In this document: positions 58,739 to 64,000 of the stretch, one piece after another
Layout: the number at the start of each line of letters is the position of its first letter
Position numbering within the stretch: position 1 is the first letter of the stretch
NCBI GenBank assembly: GCA_049412325.1
Contig: JBMSEL010000007.1
Coordinates: forward strand, 4,626 to 68,625
DNA length: 64,000 nucleotides
Source: Poseidonia sp.
Lineage (GTDB): Archaea > Thermoplasmatota > Poseidoniia > Poseidoniales > Poseidoniaceae
Direction of reading: 5' to 3'
The notes under the pieces: model-generated
What the model was told of the DNA's origin: nothing
What the model saw: only the letters and a program-made list of their open reading frames with translations
Database searches by the model: none
Made by a program: the position numbers and the translations under genes

Positions 58739-61447
58739 ATGGCGGGTTCGGAGGAGGGGGAAGTGTTTCTTTCCCTCGAGGACGACTTCCCTGCTGAATC
58801 CCCCGCCAGGACCGTGGGTTCAACCGACGGCAAGGCCGTCAACGCAGAGGACCCAGCACCCTCAAACGAACCAACCAGTGAGGACACGCCCGTGATCGAG
58901 GCGGACCTCGTTGACACCAGCGTGTTAACCGATGCCACCGGCTCCTACACGGTCAGTTGGCCCATTTTGGGCATGGACTGCCCCGATTGTGCTAGCAAAG
59001 CCACCCGTGCCATGAATCAGATGAAGCAGGTATCCAACCCCAATGTCTCGGTCACCTCGGGTGAAGTCAGGTTTGACATCGACCTTGAACTCGGCCCGCT
59101 GTTTGAGATCTCGTCCGTGCTGCGTTCCCTCGGCCATGCACCCGACGTGGAACATCACGAACTCGTCGGCGTGAAAGCCTCCGCAGTTGCACAACGCAAC
59201 GGCGTTCCCGTGCAACGTCTCGACCGTGTCATTCGACGTCAACCCGGGGTGTTGGACGTGGAAATTTCAGATGATGACCGCATTCTCTTGCAGTTGGTTG
59301 TGACCAGCGACAAAGCCCTCTTGGATTCACGACGCCAAGGACTTGAAGCGGTGCTCGGCCGCCCTCCTGAGTTTTCCAAAGCCACCTCCAATCGGGTTCG
59401 TCCCGACCAATGGCGCCTCATTGGCGGTGGTATTGCCCTCCCCGTACTCATCATCGTGATGGCGGCCGAATTGCTGGGCTACCATGGGCCGCTGATTCCC
59501 GTGTTGGCTGCTCCGGGCGTGGCCATCGGTGGAATTCAAATGTTCAAAGAGGCCTACGGTTCCCTCCGAAGTTTCCAGATGGGGTTCCAAGTCCTCACCA
59601 GCCTTGCCGTGATCGGTGCGTGTATTCTCGGCATGTGGGAAGAAGCCCTCATCGTCACCATCTTGGTGGCGTTCACCGTTCATCTCGAAGGCGATGCTCT
59701 CCTCAAGGCACGTGAAGCCATGCAGGGCGGACTTGACCGCTTGCCCCGAACCGCACGCAAGGTCAACAAATCACCGGCATTTTCCTTGAAGAACGTCGCC
59801 TCCATTGGCGCTGCCCCAACGACCTTTGCCCTTCCGATGGCCACAGGACCCACCTTGGCGCCCGGTCATGACGAGGAGGAAAACGTCGTTCCCATCGACC
59901 TCATTCATCCGGGCGACCACATTGAGATTCGAAGCGGCGAGCTCATTCCAGCCGACGGCCGGATCGTTGAGGGAACGGGAGCGCTCAACAAGGCCCCACT
60001 CACCGGTGAATCGGTGCCCGTTGACGTTGGCGTTGGTGATGTCATTGAAGCCGGGCTGGTCTTGGCGCAGGGACCGGTCGTTTGCGAAGTCCTCGCGGTG
60101 GGCGACAACACACGCCTTTCCGGGCTCATCGATGCGGTCCACACCTTCCGAGAAGTCCCCCCACGACTTCACAGCGGCATTGAGAAATTCACCGCCATCT
60201 GGGTCCCGTTGGTGCTCTTTGGTGCCTTTGCTGTCTGGTACTTCGCTTTCCCAGATGACTGGAAAATCATCCTTCTGCTGTGGGTTGTCTCCTGCCCGTG
60301 TGCCCTCCTGCTCGCCACGCCTGTTCCTCACGCTGCCGCCCTCTCCAACGCTGCGCAGAGCGGGGCGGTTGTCCGAGGTGGCGACGCATTGGAGCGAATG
60401 GCGAATGTGAATCACATTCTGCTTGACAAGACCGGAACCCTGACCTCCGGCAAACCCAAGATCGGGACCATCGTTCTTGGAAAAGGCCGGCGAATGAAAT
60501 CAGCCCTGCAAGTCATGATGGGGCTCGAAGCCCGATCCAACCACCCCTATGCCTTGAGCATCTTGGAGCATGGCCAAACCGAAGGCATCGAGGCGGCCAG
60601 CATCAAGGGGCTGACCGACATTGATGCCGGTGTGGCTGGAAAGCACGGCACGGCCGACGTGGCGTTTATTCGACCGGACAAGGCTGAAGCCATGGGCGTC
60701 GCCGTTGAAGAGCGGTTGCTCGAAGCCTTTGAGGCGGCCAAAGCCGTGGGGCACGGTGCGAGCCTGTTGGTGAAAGACAAGACGGGTATTGCGCTGGCGA
60801 CCTTCGTTCACGATGATACCCGTGACGGTTCGATGGAACTCATCAGCGCCATGCGTGAGCGAAACATCAACGTGGAAATTCTCTCCGGAGACCACCAGCA
60901 AGCCGTTTCGGAATTTGCACGCTCCGTTGGACTTCCAGAAAGTTCAGCCCACGGTGGCTTGAGTCCCGAGGAAAAGGTCCAGTGGGTTCAGGCCCGTTCA
61001 AGTTCGCACGTGACCATGATGGTGGGCGATGGATTCAACGATGCTGCAGCCCTTGCCGTGGCCGACGTAGGGGTCGCCATCGGTACAGGAGAATCGGTCA
61101 ACCTCGAGGCGGCCGATGTCCTCATCCCCGGTGATGACCCTCGGCTGCTTACCGACATGATCGACCTGGCGCGCCAAGCCCAACGAACCTTGATGCAAAA
61201 CCTGTTTTTCTCTGTCTTCATCACCGTAACCTTGGTGTTCGCTGTGATTCAACAGTGGTACGACCAACTTTGGGTTGGTGTGTTGATTCACGAACTCTCG
61301 GTGATCATCGTCATTCTCAACGGTGCGCGATTGGCACAAAACGGACAGTCGTTTGAACTCCTCAAACAAACGCTCAGTACGATGGTGGACGACACAAAAC
61401 TTGCTTTTTCCACCTTGAGAGCCCGCTATTTCCCCGCCAAAAGCTGA
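58739..61447 (+). CDS. Heavy-metal translocating P1B-type ATPase (ZntA/CadA-like)
   Basis: GMDCPDC metal-binding domain, LTGES, SCPCALLLATP, DKTGTLT, HP and MVGDGFNDA motifs; IHELS in the last TM pair. Confidence 0.93.
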   Translation: MAGSEEGEVFLSLEDDFPAESPARTVGSTDGKAVNAEDPAPSNEPTSEDTPVIEADLVDTSVLTDATGSYTVSWPILGMDCPDCASKATRAMNQMKQVSNPNVSVTSGEVRFDIDLELGPLFEISSVLRSLGHAPDVEHHELVGVKASAVAQRNGVPVQRLDRVIRRQPGVLDVEISDDDRILLQLVVTSDKALLDSRRQGLEAVLGRPPEFSKATSNRVRPDQWRLIGGGIALPVLIIVMAAELLGYHGPLIPVLAAPGVAIGGIQMFKEAYGSLRSFQMGFQVLTSLAVIGACILGMWEEALIVTILVAFTVHLEGDALLKAREAMQGGLDRLPRTARKVNKSPAFSLKNVASIGAAPTTFALPMATGPTLAPGHDEEENVVPIDLIHPGDHIEIRSGELIPADGRIVEGTGALNKAPLTGESVPVDVGVGDVIEAGLVLAQGPVVCEVLAVGDNTRLSGLIDAVHTFREVPPRLHSGIEKFTAIWVPLVLFGAFAVWYFAFPDDWKIILLLWVVSCPCALLLATPVPHAAALSNAAQSGAVVRGGDALERMANVNHILLDKTGTLTSGKPKIGTIVLGKGRRMKSALQVMMGLEARSNHPYALSILEHGQTEGIEAASIKGLTDIDAGVAGKHGTADVAFIRPDKAEAMGVAVEERLLEAFEAAKAVGHGASLLVKDKTGIALATFVHDDTRDGSMELISAMRERNINVEILSGDHQQAVSEFARSVGLPESSAHGGLSPEEKVQWVQARSSSHVTMMVGDGFNDAAALAVADVGVAIGTGESVNLEAADVLIPGDDPRLLTDMIDLARQAQRTLMQNLFFSVFITVTLVFAVIQQWYDQLWVGVLIHELSVIIVILNGARLAQNGQSFELLKQTLSTMVDDTKLAFSTLRARYFPAKS

Positions 61448-61515
61448 ATGAATTTGATTCGGTTTGACACGACATCTTCAAACCATAGAAGCCTTTCTTA
61501 CCAAACGGTGAGCGA

Positions 61516-62028
61516 ATGGGAAGAGTACGCGGCGACCCCATCACCACCGCTCTTGCTCACCCGACACGCCGTGGTGCCTATGTTGAATTGGCCCAGGCCG
61601 AAGAGATGAGCACCGTACAGCTGCAGAAAGCGTTGGGCGTTGACCGGTACAACCTGTACCACCACCTGAAGAAACTCGCATCCCTTGACCTCATTGAAAA
61701 CCATCGAGACGAAGGCCGTGCACGATGGTGGCGCAAGAACCTCCATGTCGACCTCCCTGAACTGCTCAATGCCTCTGCAGCGCCTGCTGTATCTGCAGCA
61801 CCCCGTGCACCTGCGCCGCAGCCTCCGGTAGCATCTCGAACCACCTTGGCCTCGTTAGCGGTCGATGAAGAGGGACGAGAGGTCATCGTGCTTGACCTGG
61901 AAGGTTCCCGCGACCAAGTTAGCGCCAAACAACTGATTGTTCGCCTTTCCGAGGAATTTGGATTGACCCTCGACGTACCGTGGAACTTCATCCCCGAGCA
62001 ACTCGTTCTCTACTCCAAGAAGAAGTGA
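61516..62028 (+). CDS. ArsR-like winged HTH transcriptional regulator
   Basis: ALAHPTRR...LQKALGVDRYNLYHHLKKLASLDLI pattern; downstream of the metal ATPase. Confidence 0.8.
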   Translation: MGRVRGDPITTALAHPTRRGAYVELAQAEEMSTVQLQKALGVDRYNLYHHLKKLASLDLIENHRDEGRARWWRKNLHVDLPELLNASAAPAVSAAPRAPAPQPPVASRTTLASLAVDEEGREVIVLDLEGSRDQVSAKQLIVRLSEEFGLTLDVPWNFIPEQLVLYSKKK

Positions 62029-62032
62029 TTCC

Positions 62033-62425
62033 ATGGTTGAGGAACTGAGCGTGGAATCCAAGGTGGCCCCGCCACCACTTTCCTGTCCCAAATGCACTGG
62101 ACTTCTACCCTCAGGCTTGGGCGAACTCCAGTGCACGCTGTGCGAAGCTCGGGTCCGCGTGGACCACCCAGCCACACGTCGAAAATGGAAGGAGGAGAAA
62201 TTGTCCTGTCCCGAATGCTCGAAGGTGCTCGTGGCAGGTGTGGACACTCGCCCGGCCGACCTCAAATGCGGTTCATGTGATTCATACTTCACACTCAAGG
62301 CGAACGTGCCAAGGGTCGAGATCGAATGCCCTGGGTGTCATCGCAATCTCAGGATGAAACGCCGACCAGGAAAACGCGAGATTTCCTGCCCTGCGTGCGA
62401 CAAGGAATTCACGGTTCGATTTTGA
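62033..62425 (+). CDS. Triple zinc-ribbon protein (six CxxC)
   Basis: CPKC/CTLC, CPEC/CGSC and CPGC/CPAC pairs. Confidence 0.8.
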   Translation: MVEELSVESKVAPPPLSCPKCTGLLPSGLGELQCTLCEARVRVDHPATRRKWKEEKLSCPECSKVLVAGVDTRPADLKCGSCDSYFTLKANVPRVEIECPGCHRNLRMKRRPGKREISCPACDKEFTVRF

Positions 62426-62532
62426 GGGACTCCGTGCCTCCGTAAGGGTGGAAAAAGCGCGTGCTACGCCCATGGCTTCGTCGCGCTCCTTATCTATGAA
62501 GAGAAGTCCATGAAGAAGTGGATGGGATTCCA

Positions 62533-64000
62533 ATGGGTATGAGCGAAAGCCATGACGGTGAGGCTTTTGATGCGGCGCACGCAGGCCACGAGGCCACCGA
62601 ACGCATCACACTTGCTTCGTTGCGGTCCCAATTTACCTCCACTGACACCTCAACCCTTGACGAAGCGATGGGGACCCGGGCTCGATTCCGCCAAGAGGAA
62701 CGGCTGAGAGCCGATCTCCGTCGGGAGCGTCGCCTCCGCCAACAAGCGATCACCGAACGTGTGAACGCCATGAAGGCGAACATTGCCAAGGACCTCGCCA
62801 CCCAGCATGAACTGACCCTCGATGCCCTTGAGAATGAACTGCGTGGCACGATGGAAGCGGAACTCGAAACGATGGAACGGGACGCCCTGGCGGCTGAAGA
62901 ATCCCGCATCCGGCATGAACTTGACCTCCGACTTGACCGTCAAGTCCAAGCCCTCCACGAAAAGTACGGCGTTGAACAGCATCAACATCTCGAGACGCGA
63001 AAGGCTGAGATGAAATCCAACATCGAAACCCAACTCCACGAGGAATACGATCGCAGACTGGCCATTCAAAAAGAACGGTTGCGCTTGGACTACAACCAAG
63101 CCCTCCAACTGCGCCTTCGAGACATCGAGGCTAACCTCGAAGAAGAAATGGAGCGCCGATTTGTTGAGATGGAGGGTTTGGAAATCAGCCGCCTTGAAGA
63201 GGGGCATGAGGCGCTTTTATCCGAGCGAGAGGAACAACTCCGCCGAGGCATTCGTACCCGTCTTGAACAACAACTTCGTCAGCGCCTCAAGCAACGTGAA
63301 GCCCGCCTCAAGGTGGAATATGAGCGTCGTAGCCTCCGCCTCGAGGAAGACATCGCTCAGCAACTTCAACAGGACATCGAGCAGCAGCTCCGTCGTGAAA
63401 CCGACGACCTTGAAGAGCGTATGCGAGAGGATGTTGAATTGGCCATCGCCAAACGCCGCGACGAATTGCGAGGTCAAATCGAGGCACAGCTCAACGAACA
63501 ACAAGCCGAACGATTAGCGGAGCGAAAGGCACGTCTCAAGGCCAAGTACGACCTGACGTTCAGCAAAGCCATTGATGACATTTCTCGAAGCCTACAAACC
63601 GAGATTGAGGCCGAACTTGAACATCGCAAGGAGAACGAATTCGCCTCCTACAGGCATGCTCGTGAGGCGGAAATCCAAAACCGATTATCCAGGTATCGCT
63701 ATGAGCGAGAAGCCGAGTTGCGTGAACAACTCGAGGCTCAGTACGACGTCAGCAAACAGGATTGGACAGAACGATTGGACCTTGAATTCCAATCCAGAGA
63801 AGCCGCAGCTCGCAAGGCGATCATGTCTGAAGTGGATGCCCAACTTCGCAACGAACGACTGACCCATGAGACAGACCTTGACTTGCTCAAAGAGGAAACC
63901 GCCCTCGAATTGGAGGTCGAAATGGAGGAACGGCTTCAAGCCTTCAAGTCCCGCAAAGAAGAGGAAGTCGCCACACAACTCGAACGCCAACTCGACAAGC
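62533..64000 (+). CDS. Long Glu/Arg-rich coiled-coil protein (partial, open at the right edge; absent from the ORF track)
   Basis: Frame 1 from ATG 62533 (MGMSESHDGEAF...) has no stop that I could find to 64000; composition dominated by E, R, L, Q and A, with almost no Pro or Gly. Confidence 0.85.
   Translation, partial: MGMSESHDGEAFDAAHAGHEATERITLASLRSQFTSTDTSTLDEAMGTRARFRQEERLRADLRRERRLRQQAITERVNAMKANIAKDLATQHELTLDALENELRGTMEAELETMERDALAAEESRIRHELDLRLDRQVQALHEKYGVEQHQHLETRKAEMKSNIETQLHEEYDRRLAIQKERLRLDYNQALQLRLRDIEANLEEEMERRFVEMEGLEISRLEEGHEALLSEREEQLRRGIRTRLEQQLRQRLKQREARLKVEYERRSLRLEEDIAQQLQQDIEQQLRRETDDLEERMREDVELAIAKRRDELRGQIEAQLNEQQAERLAERKARLKAKYDLTFSKAIDDISRSLQTEIEAELEHRKENEFASYRHAREAEIQNRLSRYRYEREAELREQLEAQYDVSKQDWTERLDLEFQSREAAARKAIMSEVDAQLRNERLTHETDLDLLKEETALELEVEMEERLQAFKSRKEEEVATQLERQLDK

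Noticed and set aside
1..64000. tRNA, rRNA, IS elements, integrases or prophage genes
   Set aside because: None recognised by eye and intergenic gaps are short; a tRNAscan-SE/Infernal run would be needed to exclude small RNAs formally.

Overview
GC-rich, gene-dense archaeal chromosome segment. The mix of thermosome, Cdc48, Gar1, PRC-barrel protein and pyrBI with many bacterial-type metabolic enzymes and giant membrane-anchored surface proteins points to Marine Group II Euryarchaeota (Ca. Poseidoniales); this placement is an inference, as no marker rRNA is present. It holds about 46 protein genes, mostly housekeeping or central metabolism: the 3' end of dnaK, thermosome, HMG-CoA synthase, tdh, pyrG, cobB, thrS, pyrBI, tRNA thiolase, cdc48, an aldehyde dehydrogenase, a 3-gene succinate dehydrogenase, acnA, 2-oxoacid:ferredoxin oxidoreductase and a P1B ATPase. 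I saw no rRNA, tRNA, CRISPR array or transposase. Highlights: (1) a Gar1 protein fused to two RanBP2-type zinc fingers and long RGG low-complexity repeats, a FUS/TAF15-like architecture; (2) a stand-alone Roadblock gene followed by a 1063-aa DUF2226-like/Roadblock/DUF2226-like/coiled-coil protein; (3) directly upstream of it, an AT-rich patch with ORB/mini-ORB-like boxes (candidate oriC with no adjacent cdc6); (4) a eukaryote-type CTP synthase; (5) a mycobacterial Sdh1-like (type F) succinate dehydrogenase; (6) a 2200-aa FG-GAP surface protein with a duplicated cytoplasmic motif; (7) a long E/R-rich coiled-coil ORF that runs off the right end and is missing from the ORF track. All domain calls come from motif recognition by eye, not database searches.
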